Shown here: one piece after another, positions 1 through 9,093 of the stretch
How positions within the stretch are numbered: the first letter of the stretch is position 1
How the letters are laid out: each line of letters begins with the position of its first letter
NCBI GenBank assembly: GCA_040752695.1
Contig: JBFMGO010000107.1
Location: forward strand, 1 to 20,655
From: a bacterium
Lineage (GTDB): Bacteria; SZUA-182; DTGQ01
Length of the DNA: 20,655 nucleotides
Reading direction: 5' to 3'
Position numbers and translations under genes: made by a program
Notes under the pieces: generated by a model
What the model was told of the DNA's origin: nothing
The model's input: only the letters and a program-made list of their open reading frames with translations
Databases searched by the model: none

Positions 1-2
1 CT

Positions 3-140
3 CAGCGCCGCGCTAACTCCCTGCACTATATGTTCATCCCCGAATACCGCGAAACAATCAGATACCTGGAAAATACACTCGAAGAAAAAGAACGCGAAGA
101 ATTCTTCCAACTCAAACGCGCTAAGGAATCCTCGTGGTAA
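3..140 (+). CDS. V/A-type ATP synthase subunit D, C-terminal fragment (5' end outside the window)
   Basis: Manual translation from nt 3: QRRANSLHYMFIPEYRETIRYLENTLEEKEREEFFQLKRAKESSW*. This matches the subunit D C-terminal pattern (T)QRRxNxL...IP...ETIxYI...LEExEREEFFxLKRxK. Not in the ORF track. Confidence 0.85.
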   Translation, partial: QRRANSLHYMFIPEYRETIRYLENTLEEKEREEFFQLKRAKESSW

Positions 141-234
141 ATACGCGACCGGATAGAAGCGGCAAGTAACATGCAGGGTGGAGCAAAGAGCACATCAGCA
201 CTCATTTTCTTCCACAGGATATTTACTTCTTCCC

Positions 235-1245
235 TCACAGGATATTTACTGATGAGGCTTTAAAGGTCAGGAAGACGCGGGCACCAATGTCAAGACCGAT
301 CTCTCGCAGGGAGTGCGCAGTGATAAGGACCCTGAATGTTTCCTGCGAGCGGATTTCAAGAAGAACCTTTCCTCCCTGCTCGATAATCTGGGTGATAACT
401 CCCTCGAATCTGTTTCTGGCGCTTGAGGCAAACGGCTCTTTCGAGACAATGATATTTTCAGGGTCGATAGTCACATGGGTCGAGTTCGCGGCCGGTGCAT
501 CAGAGGAAGCCCAGATGCGGATCGCTCCGGTGTCGAAACAGATGCCCTCGGTTGTCTGCTGAAACTGGCCTGAAAAGAGGTTGTGCATGGCCGAATTCAC
601 GAAAGCGCCATCGAAGAGGGAAAAAACCATATCAGCCAGCCGGTAAGCCTGGGAAAGATTGTGAGTGGTCATGACAACGGTGGTCCCCCGTTCCCTATTT
701 ATTCTGGTGATAACGCTCTCGAGTTGATGGATGTGGCGGGTGTCTACATTGGCGGTAGGTTCGTCGAGAAAAATGATGGCCGGATCCAGGGCCAGTGCCC
801 TGGCCAGGGCCACCAGCTTGGTCTCTCCACCGGAGAGTTCCCTGGCTCCCCTTTTTTCAAACCCCGGCAGTCCGACCCAATCAAGTGACTCCTTGACCTT
901 GGCATCTCGAACCTTGCGGGGAAGGCTGCGGGTACGCAGCCCATAGGTTATATTTTTAGCCACTGACATGCAAAAGAGATAGGGGTCTTGAAAGACCATG
1001 GTCATTGACCTTTGTACGGTCAAACGAAAGCCTTTATCGCTATCGACAGAGCGCCCCTCGAAGAAGATTTCTCCGGCAGTTGGCCTTAGAATGAGCCCCA
1101 TGATGGAAAGAAGCGTAGTCTTTCCGGAGCCATTGGGGCCGATCAGGCTGTAAATCCGGCCCTTGTCGATGGAAAGGGCAGCAATGTCCAGTACCTTTCT
1201 CCTCTGGTAGGTATGGGTGATGTCTTTCAGCTCCATAATCTTCAT
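235..1245 (-). CDS. tupC: Tungstate/molybdate ABC transporter ATP-binding subunit with C-terminal TOBE domain (TupC-like)
   Basis: Walker A GPNGSGKT, Q-loop VFQDP, signature LSGGE, Walker B FLDEPT, H-loop TTH, and TOBE-type tail SSARNRFEG...ITAHSLREIGLDIG...FKAS. Start moved to ATG 1245 (MKIMELK), which has GGGAG upstream; the longer ORF to 1458 overlaps tupB. Confidence 0.88.
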   Translation of the reverse strand: MKIMELKDITHTYQRRKVLDIAALSIDKGRIYSLIGPNGSGKTTLLSIMGLILRPTAGEIFFEGRSVDSDKGFRLTVQRSMTMVFQDPYLFCMSVAKNITYGLRTRSLPRKVRDAKVKESLDWVGLPGFEKRGARELSGGETKLVALARALALDPAIIFLDEPTANVDTRHIHQLESVITRINRERGTTVVMTTHNLSQAYRLADMVFSLFDGAFVNSAMHNLFSGQFQQTTEGICFDTGAIRIWASSDAPAANSTHVTIDPENIIVSKEPFASSARNRFEGVITQIIEQGGKVLLEIRSQETFRVLITAHSLREIGLDIGARVFLTFKASSVNIL

Positions 1246-1333
1246 TCGTGCGCTCCCATGTGCCTCATGGTGCATGATCATTGGCCGCTTGTGGATCTCT
1301 TGTGATATATGTGCAGTATGTGGTTTCGTTCTC

Positions 1334-2032
1334 TCAGCGGTGCATGCCTTTTTTTTGAAGGGTATGGAGGAGGATATTGATCGAAAACACCACCAGGAGG
1401 AGAAAAAAACCAAGAGCAAGCCCAAGCCCGAACTCCCCTTTGCTGGTCTCGAGGGCAATGGCTGTAGTCATGGTCCGCGTGTAATATCTGATATTTCCGC
1501 CCAGCATCACGGCCGACCCCACCTCCGAGACCGCCCGGCCATAGCCGGCGATAATGGCCGCCAAAAGGGCGAACCTCGCCTCCATCAGCACGGTCCATGC
1601 CGTGCGGATACTGCCCGCACCCAGAGTACGGGCAGTGAGCGCAACCCGCTGATCTACCGACTGAACCGCGGCTACAGTCAAATTGGTGATCACGGGCAGG
1701 GAAAGGATGAATTCTCCCACAATGACCGCCTTTGGCGAAAACATCAGATTCAAAAACCCTAAAGGAGCGCTCCGGGAAAGAAATGCATAGCAGATGAGAC
1801 CCACGATGACTGTAGGCAAGGCCATGGCCGTATTAAGCAGGGTTATGAGCAAAGATTTGCCCCTGAAAGATTTCGACCCTGCCAGAAAACCACAAGGCAC
1901 ACCAATCAGTACGGCCAGAAACGTAGCCCACAGGGAAAACTTGAGGGACCGCAGCACAATGCCGTAGATCTCCGGATCAAGAGAAAGAATTAAATGGAGC
2001 GAATCCCTGAAAGCCCCAAGCAAAAACCCCAT
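1334..2032 (-). CDS. tupB: Tungstate ABC transporter permease (TupB-like)
   Basis: Hydrophobic 232 aa protein with LPTVIVGL, an EAA-like loop TARTLGA, and GRAVSEVGSAVMLGGNIRYYTRTMTTAIALETSKGEF typical of TupB. GAGGT RBS upstream; adjacent to the ATPase gene. Confidence 0.88.
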   Translation of the reverse strand: MGFLLGAFRDSLHLILSLDPEIYGIVLRSLKFSLWATFLAVLIGVPCGFLAGSKSFRGKSLLITLLNTAMALPTVIVGLICYAFLSRSAPLGFLNLMFSPKAVIVGEFILSLPVITNLTVAAVQSVDQRVALTARTLGAGSIRTAWTVLMEARFALLAAIIAGYGRAVSEVGSAVMLGGNIRYYTRTMTTAIALETSKGEFGLGLALGFFLLLVVFSINILLHTLQKKGMHR

Positions 2033-2064
2033 ATTTACCTCAACGATGGAAGAATAAAAAAGTT

Positions 2065-2094
2065 ATCATAATTTATGGATATTCATAAAGTCAA
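2065..2094 (-). promoter_or_regulatory. Putative sigma70 promoter of tupBC with a palindromic candidate operator in the spacer
   Basis: Minus strand TTGACT (2094-2089), 18 nt spacer, TATGAT (2070-2065). The spacer holds the imperfect palindrome TTTATGGATATTCATAAA (2072-2089, 16/18 symmetric). Confidence 0.55.
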
Positions 2095-2108
2095 GGAATT
2101 AATGAAGG

Positions 2109-2144
2109 ATACTTGATATTTTACAGGAATACTTGATATTTTAC
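2109..2144. repeat. 16-bp direct repeat x2, 20-bp period
   Basis: ATACTTGATATTTTAC at 2109-2124 and 2129-2144, between the divergent tupB and lipA promoters. Confidence 0.85.
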
Positions 2145-2200
2145 CATGTGATGCCTATGCGTATATTTGCGATGATCCTTTTTAGGCAGTTTAAATCACC

Positions 2201-2229
2201 TTGACACCGAAGGTAATAGAATATATAAT
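2201..2229 (+). promoter_or_regulatory. Consensus sigma70 promoter upstream of lipA
   Basis: Perfect TTGACA (2201-2206), 17 nt spacer, TATAAT (2224-2229). Confidence 0.8.
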
Positions 2230-2365
2230 AACCTCACGCTTTCTTTCATTTTGAATCAAGTTTACTATGATTCCTGCATCCCTTTTAAAGCCCAATCAAC
2301 CGAGTAAGGCCTAAAGCAATTTACGGAAGAGTCCCCAAAAAGCGCGAAAGAGTAGAAGAAGTATA

Positions 2366-3217
2366 ATGCAGGGTAAATTCCCAGGGTGGTTACAGAAAAA
2401 ACCGATCAATGTTGAGCAGGTTCATACCATAAAATCGTTGCTGCGCAAGTTGAAGGTCCGCACGGTATGTGAACTGGCCCGCTGCCCGAACACTGGGGAG
2501 TGCTTTTCTAAACCTACAGCGACCTTTATGATTCTTGGAAGCCGCTGTACCCGCAGTTGTAAATTTTGCAATATCCAGAGCGAGGTTCCTGAAAGTCCTG
2601 ACTTCGAAGAACCGGTGAACATAGCCGAGGCTACGAAGGTGCTGGGATTAAAGCATGTGGTCGTTACCTCAGTAACCAGAGATGACTTGGCCGATGGCGG
2701 AGCATATCATTTTGCAGTCACGCTATACCAGATAAAAAAACAAAACAAGAATGTGACCACTGAGGTACTGATACCGGATTTCATGGGATCTGCCAAGGCT
2801 GTTCGAACTGTCGTGGATATGTGTCCGGATATTCTCAATCACAATGTGGAGACTGTTCCACGGCTCTATGAAAAGATCCGGCATAAGGCGAATTACGATC
2901 GATCCCTAAAACTGCTGCGCGCTGTCAAACGAATGAATGACAAGATCAGGACAAAATCCGGTTTAATGCTCGGGCTGGGCGAGAAAGAAGAAGAGGTTAT
3001 CAGTGTCATGAAGGACCTGCACGAAGCGAAGTGCGATATTTTAACGATTGGGCAGTACCTTCAGCCCAGCAAAGACCATATTTGTGTTCAAGAGTATATA
3101 AGACCGGAAGATTTTTTGCGGTATAAGGAAATTGCCACGGATATTGGCTTTTTGCATGTTGAATCCGCACCTTTTGTACGCAGCTCCTATAATGCAGAAA
3201 CCATATGCAGAAGGTAA
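2366..3217 (+). CDS. lipA: Lipoyl synthase (radical SAM)
   Basis: CX4CX5C (CELARCPNTGEC), ATFMILG, CX3CX2C (CTRSCKFC), TSVTRDDLADGGA, NHNVETV, GQYLQPS and C-terminal RSSY. Confidence 0.97.
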   Translation: MQGKFPGWLQKKPINVEQVHTIKSLLRKLKVRTVCELARCPNTGECFSKPTATFMILGSRCTRSCKFCNIQSEVPESPDFEEPVNIAEATKVLGLKHVVVTSVTRDDLADGGAYHFAVTLYQIKKQNKNVTTEVLIPDFMGSAKAVRTVVDMCPDILNHNVETVPRLYEKIRHKANYDRSLKLLRAVKRMNDKIRTKSGLMLGLGEKEEEVISVMKDLHEAKCDILTIGQYLQPSKDHICVQEYIRPEDFLRYKEIATDIGFLHVESAPFVRSSYNAETICRR

Positions 3218-3427
3218 TACAAAAATCAGCGGGATCAGGATCCTTACCACAATAAGCGGGATAATATGTAATTTTTTATACGGGATACGATAATAACTCA
3301 ACAAAAAACAGCAGCAGGAACAAACTGGATGCAGAGGGTAGCACAGGGTTTTTAAGGGCTTAAGGCTCACGTTTTTAAAGTGCCCTCTTCTTTTTCACAC
3401 GAAGTTATTAAAAGAGGCTCGGATAGC

Positions 3428-4756
3428 ATGGGTATCGATAGCATGGATATCAAGGTAGGTCTTATCGGACTAGGCACTATCGGTCAGGGAGTAGTCAAGA
3501 TATTGAGGGAGGAGGGAGAGGATTCGCACAATCTGATTGCTCATCTGGGCGTTCCCTTGCGGCTTAAAAAAATCGCGGATATTGATTTGAAAAAGGCTCA
3601 GGGGCTGAACTTGCCTTCTTCGATGCTGACAACCAGGGCAGAGGAGATCCTTCAGGATCCTGAGATCCAGATCGTCATTGAGCTGATTGGCGGTTATGAG
3701 CCTGCCAGGACTTTTCTCCTTCAGGCACTTGAAGGGGGAAAGCATGTCGTTACGGCAAACAAGGCCCTTTTGGCCAAACATGGAGAGGAAATTTTCCAGG
3801 CTGCTGCGGCCAGGCAGGTTGATATCGGCTTTGAGGCCAGTGTCGGTGGAGGTATCCCGATTATCAGGGCCATTAAAGAAGGGCTGGCAGCAGACCACAT
3901 CAGGTCTGTTTACGGAATCATGAATGGCACGGCCAATTATATCTTAAGCGAAATGGAGAAGGAGGGCACATCCTTCGATAGTGTTCTTAAGGATGCTCAA
4001 AGTCAGGGTTTCGCTGAGGCAGATCCCGCGTTCGATATCAAGGGGATTGATACGGCACATAAACTGGCCATTCTCGTCTCACTGGCCTTCGGCACCCGGA
4101 TTTCTCTGGAGCAGATTTTTACCGAGGGTATCGACCGCATTACGCCGCTGGATCTTCAGTTTGCCAGGGAGTTGGGCTATAAGATCAAGCTCCTGGCTCT
4201 GGCAAAAGATGTCGATGGTGAAATCGAGGCCCGCGTTCATCCGACACTGCTTTCCGCGGGTTATTTACTGGCTACGGTGGCCGGAGTTTACAACGCTATC
4301 TACGTGGTTGGCGATCGGGTGGGATCTACCATGTTTTACGGCATGGGTGCGGGCGAAAGACCCACGGCTTGTGCCGTAGTAAGCGATGTCATGGATATTG
4401 CCCGAAATATCCGAAAAAACATTACGCGGCGGATAACTCCAACTTCTTTCTGCGAAGATTACATCAAAGAGAAAAAAGTGAGAGATATCAATCAGATTGT
4501 CTCATCTTATTACCTCCGTTTCTTCGCCCTGGATAAACCTGGTGTATTATCAAAGATTTCCGGAATACTTGGCCAGCATAACATCAGTCTTGCTTCGGTT
4601 ATTCAAAAGGAACGCCGAATAGGAGAGGCAGTCCCGATCGTTATGATGACCCACGAGGCCCTGGAGCATAATATCCAAAATGCTCTCAATGAAATTAACA
4701 GCCTCCCTTTTGTAACCGAAAAAGCGAACCTGATCCGGGTAGCAAAACTCGACTAA
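3428..4756 (+). CDS. hom: Homoserine dehydrogenase with C-terminal ACT domain
   Basis: GLGTIG Rossmann motif, HVVTANKA, FEASVGGGIP, NGTANYIL, GFAEADP, DTAHKLAIL and ACT motif DKPGVLSKIS. Start is probably ATG 3428 or 3443 rather than GTG 3380. Confidence 0.96.
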   Translation: MGIDSMDIKVGLIGLGTIGQGVVKILREEGEDSHNLIAHLGVPLRLKKIADIDLKKAQGLNLPSSMLTTRAEEILQDPEIQIVIELIGGYEPARTFLLQALEGGKHVVTANKALLAKHGEEIFQAAAARQVDIGFEASVGGGIPIIRAIKEGLAADHIRSVYGIMNGTANYILSEMEKEGTSFDSVLKDAQSQGFAEADPAFDIKGIDTAHKLAILVSLAFGTRISLEQIFTEGIDRITPLDLQFARELGYKIKLLALAKDVDGEIEARVHPTLLSAGYLLATVAGVYNAIYVVGDRVGSTMFYGMGAGERPTACAVVSDVMDIARNIRKNITRRITPTSFCEDYIKEKKVRDINQIVSSYYLRFFALDKPGVLSKISGILGQHNISLASVIQKERRIGEAVPIVMMTHEALEHNIQNALNEINSLPFVTEKANLIRVAKLD

Positions 4757-4778
4757 AAAGCTAGATTAAGAGTAAGAG

Positions 4779-5756
4779 GTGGGAAAAACAAAAATGGAAC
4801 AAATCCAACAACTGGAACAACTGGAACAACCGGCCCCGTCAAAGGAAGATACCATATCCCTCATCAGACAGATCAACCGGCTGAAGCAAGAGAAAAAGGC
4901 CGTTATTCTGGCCCATAATTATCAGCGGCCTGAAATTTTGGATGTGGCCGATATTCAGGGAGATTCCCTCGAGCTGAGCCGGGCCGCAGCCAGAACCGAA
5001 GCCAGGGTTATCGTTTTTTGCGGTGTCCGGTTCATGGCGGAAACCGCCTCTATTCTCTGCCCGGACAAGGTGGTCCTTTTGCCGGAAGCCGATGCGGGAT
5101 GCCCTCTGGCCAATTATATAACGGTGCCTCAATTGCAGGCCATGCGGCAAAAATATCCTGAAGCTACCGTAGTCTGCTACGTAAATTCGTCGGCGGAAGT
5201 CAAGGCAGCCAGTGATATTTGCTGCACCTCGGCCAATGCTGTCCGTGTGGTGAACTCACTCGACGGGGTCAAACAGGTCCTGATGGTTCCTGATAAGCAC
5301 CTGGCTCTTTATGTGTCCCGGCACACTGATAAAGAGGTCATTGCCTGGGAGGGTGGATGTCCTGCCCACTGTCAACTTCAAGTGGATGAAGTGCTGGCTA
5401 TGAAAACCCTTTATCCGAAGGCGAAATTCATGGCCCATCCCGAATGCGATCCCCATGTTCTGGAGTTGGCCGATTGCGTGACCAGCACTTCAGGCATGCT
5501 CAGGTACGTGGACCAGTGCGGTGCCAAGGAGTTTATCGTGGGCACCGAGGAAGGGATGACTTACGTTCTGCGCATAGCCTTTCCTGATAAAACATTTTAT
5601 CACTTTCCACACGCTATGATTTGCCAGGACATGAAAAGGGTTACCCTGGCCTCGGTAGTGAAAGCCATGGAAGAGATGCACTATGTGGTGAGTGTTTCGG
5701 ACAAGATCCGAAAGCCGGCTTTAGCTTGTCTGTCCAGGATGATGAATCTCGGATAA
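4779..5756 (+). CDS. nadA: Quinolinate synthase A
   Basis: AHNYQ, GDSLEL, FCGVRFMAETA, YVNSSA, AHPEC, and three Fe-S cysteines (AGCPLA, GGCPAH, MICQDMK). Start may be ATG 4794. Confidence 0.96.
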   Translation: MGKTKMEQIQQLEQLEQPAPSKEDTISLIRQINRLKQEKKAVILAHNYQRPEILDVADIQGDSLELSRAAARTEARVIVFCGVRFMAETASILCPDKVVLLPEADAGCPLANYITVPQLQAMRQKYPEATVVCYVNSSAEVKAASDICCTSANAVRVVNSLDGVKQVLMVPDKHLALYVSRHTDKEVIAWEGGCPAHCQLQVDEVLAMKTLYPKAKFMAHPECDPHVLELADCVTSTSGMLRYVDQCGAKEFIVGTEEGMTYVLRIAFPDKTFYHFPHAMICQDMKRVTLASVVKAMEEMHYVVSVSDKIRKPALACLSRMMNLG

Positions 5757-5889
5757 TGAAGACCCGGATGAAGACCGCCTTATAAAGACTCGGACGAAAG
5801 AATAGCGAGTGGATAAAGACCCCTGATAAAGAGATGGTGATAAATACTTTAGTAGGTGACAAAGACCCTAAGTAGGTGACATATACTCT

Positions 5890-8568
5890 ATGGAATCAAA
5901 AGAGATAAGATCAGCATTTTTACGTTTTTTTGAAAAAAAGGATCACAAAATTTTACCCAGTTCCTCTTTGGTCCCCCAGGGCGATCCTACGTTGCTCTTT
6001 ACCAATGCCGGTATGGTCCAGTTTAAGGATATCTTTACCGGCAAGGCACAGAGGATCTATCCCAGGGCGACAACCTGTCAAAAATGTGTACGTGCCGGAG
6101 GAAAGCACAACGACCTTGAGAACGTCGGCTATACCGCCCGGCATCATACCTTTTTCGAGATGCTGGGAAATTTCTCCTTTGGAGATTATTTCAAACAAAA
6201 GGCCATCGAGGTGGCCTGGGAGTTTCTGGTCGGACAGATGAATCTGCCTGAAGAAAAACTCATAGTTACGGTATTTCGGGATGATGACGAGGCCTATCGG
6301 ATCTGGAACGAAGGCATCGGCCGGCCGGAAGAGAAAATCATCCGGATGGGTGAAAAAGACAATTTCTGGGCCATGGGAGATACCGGGCCATGCGGTCCCT
6401 GTTCCGAGATCCTGATCGATCAGGGGGCGGCCTTCGGCTGCGGCCGGCCCGGGTGTGCGCCAGGCTGTGACTGTGACCGCTACCTGGAATTGTGGAACCT
6501 GGTTTTCATGCAGTTCGAGCGCTCTAAAGAAGGGGTATTGTCTCCCCTGCCAAAGCCCAGCATCGATACAGGGATGGGCTTGGAGCGCGTTTCGGCTGTC
6601 TTGCAGGGCGCACAGTCGAATTACGAGACAGACCTGTTCTGGCCCGTTATCCGGTTCATAGAGGAAACTTCCGGCAGGGAGTATCAGGTCAGCTATTTCA
6701 TGGCCAAAGATAATATCTCCATCCGGGTCATTGCCGATCACGCCAGGGCCTGTACCTTTCTGATCTCGGACGGCGTCCTGCCCGCCAACGAGGGCAGGGG
6801 CTACGTGCTGCGCAGGATCATCCGCAGGGCCGCCAGACATGGCAAGATGCTGGGTATCGATCAGCCTTTTCTCTTTCGCACCACTGACCGGGTGGTGGAT
6901 ACCATGAAGGATATATACCCGGAAACCGAGGAGCGGCAGAATCTGGTTGCAACAGTAGTCAGACAGGAGGAAGAGCGATTTTTGCATACCCTGGAGCGGG
7001 GCATGGCTGTGCTCGATGAAATTATGGCCAAAGCCAAAAGTGATGCCAGGCAAGGCAGAGGGGCCCATCTCGTTCCGGGTGAGGAAATCTTCAAGCTTTA
7101 CGATACCTTCGGATTTCCTGTGGATATCGCTCAGGACATACTCAAAGAGAACGGCCTTGAATTTGACCAGGCAGGGTTCGATGCAGCCATGGATCAGCAG
7201 CGTCAGATGGCCCGAAAGGCATGGTTTCAGGGAATGGACAGCAAGGAGGTTTCTTCTGCCGTGCAGCAGGTGGCACTTAAGCTGCCGCCGACCGGATTCG
7301 TGGGGTATACCGATGAGGAATGTTCAGCCAGGGTTGTGGCCATCCTTCGGGATGGTGAGCGGGTGCAAAGAGCTGACCAGGGAGAAGAGGTGGATATCGT
7401 GCTTGACCAGACCCCCTTTTATGGTGAAAAGGGAGGACAGGTCGGCGATCAGGGTAACCTGGAAAGAGAGGGTGACCTGGAAAGAGAAGGAATGCGGGCC
7501 GAGGTCATCGACACAAAGTGTCCGACCCCTGCCCTTACCGTTCACCGAAGCAGGATCAGGAAAGGATCCGTTCAGGAAGGTGACGTGGTCAGGGCCAGAA
7601 TCGATCACGAGCGCAGGCAGAGCATTGCCAGAAATCACACAGCCACACATTTGCTGCAGGCTGCCCTGCGGCAGATCCTGGGCGACCATGTCAAGCAGTC
7701 AGGCTCTTTGGTAGAGCCGGGCCGCCTGAGGTTTGATTTTACTCATTTTACCGGGGTCCTGCCTGAGGAACTGGACAGAGTCGAATTGCTGGTCAATGAG
7801 AAGGTTTTTGCCAATCTGTCGGTCCTTACCCAGCTTATGAGCCGGGAAGAAGCGGTAAAGGTGGCCATTGCCCTGTTTGGTGAAAAATACGACCAGGAAG
7901 TGCGGGTGGTCCAGGTAGGAGATTTCAGCTCTGAACTGTGCGGAGGAACCCATACGAGAAGTACGGGAGAGATCGGACTATTTAAGATCGTGAATGAATC
8001 GAGCATCGCGGCAGGCGTGCGAAGGATCGAAGCTATAACCGGATCGGGCGCATATCAGTATGTGCGCCAGATCGAACGGGAAGTCAAGAGTGTGGCCAGA
8101 CTGCTGAAGTCGGATCTTTATGTCAGCCAGAAAGTCGAGCAACTGGTTGCGCAAAGCCGCCAGCAGGAGAAGGACATCCAGCGGCTGAAAGACAAGCTGT
8201 CGGTCAGCATCACTTCAGCCATCATGGAATACCGCAGGCAGGTGGATGAGGTCACGATTTTAGCCCACCATGTCAAAGAGATCGACCTGGATGCAGCAGG
8301 ATTGCGCGACATGGCCGATCTTCTCAAAGGCCGCCTCCGCTCCGGTATTATCGTACTGGGGAACACGCAAGACGGCAAAGTGAACCTGGTGGCTATGGTG
8401 ACCGACGATCTTTGCAACCGGTTTCACGCGGGAAAGATCATCAAGAAAGTCTCCGCCATTGTCGGCGGCAGCGGAGGAGGACGGCCCACGATGGCTCAGG
8501 CCGGGGGTAACAGGCCGGAGCTTTTGGATGAGGCACTTTTGAGCGTAGCCGAGATTATCAAGGAGTGA
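5890..8568 (+). CDS. alaS: Alanine--tRNA ligase
   Basis: DPTLLFTNAGMVQFK, HHTFFEMLGNFSFGDYFK, GPCGPCSE, DTGMGLER, editing motifs HTATHLL and ELCGGTH, and C-terminal GGSGGGR. Confidence 0.98.
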   Translation: MESKEIRSAFLRFFEKKDHKILPSSSLVPQGDPTLLFTNAGMVQFKDIFTGKAQRIYPRATTCQKCVRAGGKHNDLENVGYTARHHTFFEMLGNFSFGDYFKQKAIEVAWEFLVGQMNLPEEKLIVTVFRDDDEAYRIWNEGIGRPEEKIIRMGEKDNFWAMGDTGPCGPCSEILIDQGAAFGCGRPGCAPGCDCDRYLELWNLVFMQFERSKEGVLSPLPKPSIDTGMGLERVSAVLQGAQSNYETDLFWPVIRFIEETSGREYQVSYFMAKDNISIRVIADHARACTFLISDGVLPANEGRGYVLRRIIRRAARHGKMLGIDQPFLFRTTDRVVDTMKDIYPETEERQNLVATVVRQEEERFLHTLERGMAVLDEIMAKAKSDARQGRGAHLVPGEEIFKLYDTFGFPVDIAQDILKENGLEFDQAGFDAAMDQQRQMARKAWFQGMDSKEVSSAVQQVALKLPPTGFVGYTDEECSARVVAILRDGERVQRADQGEEVDIVLDQTPFYGEKGGQVGDQGNLEREGDLEREGMRAEVIDTKCPTPALTVHRSRIRKGSVQEGDVVRARIDHERRQSIARNHTATHLLQAALRQILGDHVKQSGSLVEPGRLRFDFTHFTGVLPEELDRVELLVNEKVFANLSVLTQLMSREEAVKVAIALFGEKYDQEVRVVQVGDFSSELCGGTHTRSTGEIGLFKIVNESSIAAGVRRIEAITGSGAYQYVRQIEREVKSVARLLKSDLYVSQKVEQLVAQSRQQEKDIQRLKDKLSVSITSAIMEYRRQVDEVTILAHHVKEIDLDAAGLRDMADLLKGRLRSGIIVLGNTQDGKVNLVAMVTDDLCNRFHAGKIIKKVSAIVGGSGGGRPTMAQAGGNRPELLDEALLSVAEIIKE

Positions 8569-8570
8569 CG

Positions 8571-8606
8571 TCCCCCCCTTTTCTTAATCAAGGAGATTAA
8601 GGGGGG
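8571..8606. repeat. C-tract/G-tract palindrome after alaS (REP-like hairpin or terminator)
   Basis: TCCCCCCCTTTT-CTTAATC-AAGGA-GATTAAG-GGGGG. A similar CTCCCCCCTTTTCTAAAAGGGG motif lies at about 12933-12954. Confidence 0.5.
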
Positions 8607-8695
8607 TGAGGCGGGATTTTCAATCTGTTTTCAAATAGAGTTTGGCTTAAAAAACAGCCATGAGTCAGACTTAAAAAAGAGTCAGGGGGAAAACG

Positions 8696-9079
8696 ATGAG
8701 TGAAGAGAGCAAGTTTGGTGATTTTTTTCAAAAGCTATTCTCTGCCGGATGGGGATTTATCACCTTTTCCGAAGAGAAGGCCAAAAATTTTATCGATGAA
8801 ATGATCCGCAGGGGAGAAATCAGCCAAAAAGAGGGCGAGGGTCTTTTGAAGAATATCAAGGAAAAAATTCAGACCGGCAGCAGGGATACCGAGCAAAAGG
8901 TGAAGGAAATGATTCGCAAGTACACTAAAGCCTCCCCTGCTCAAAAAGTCCAGATGGAGGAAGTAATTGCTGCCAAAGCCCAGATTGACGAACTGAGAGT
9001 TAAAATTTCAGAGCTGGAAACGAGGCTGACCGAGCTGGAAAAAAAATGCCAGGAGGAAGGACCTGAAGAGCAATCCTGA
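8696..9079 (+). CDS. Phasin-like / PHA granule-associated-type small coiled-coil protein
   Basis: AGWGFITFSEEKAKNFIDEMIRRGEISQKEGE and IDELRVKISELETRL match the pattern of phasin-family proteins commonly encoded upstream of ABC1 kinases. GGGGG RBS-like tract upstream. Confidence 0.7.
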   Translation: MSEESKFGDFFQKLFSAGWGFITFSEEKAKNFIDEMIRRGEISQKEGEGLLKNIKEKIQTGSRDTEQKVKEMIRKYTKASPAQKVQMEEVIAAKAQIDELRVKISELETRLTELEKKCQEEGPEEQS

Positions 9080-9093
9080 TTGCCTGGCCGGTC

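Noticed and set aside
1246..1458. N-terminal extension of the ABC ATPase
   Set aside because: Overlaps tupB out of frame; a good RBS and ATG at 1245 give a normal ATPase start.
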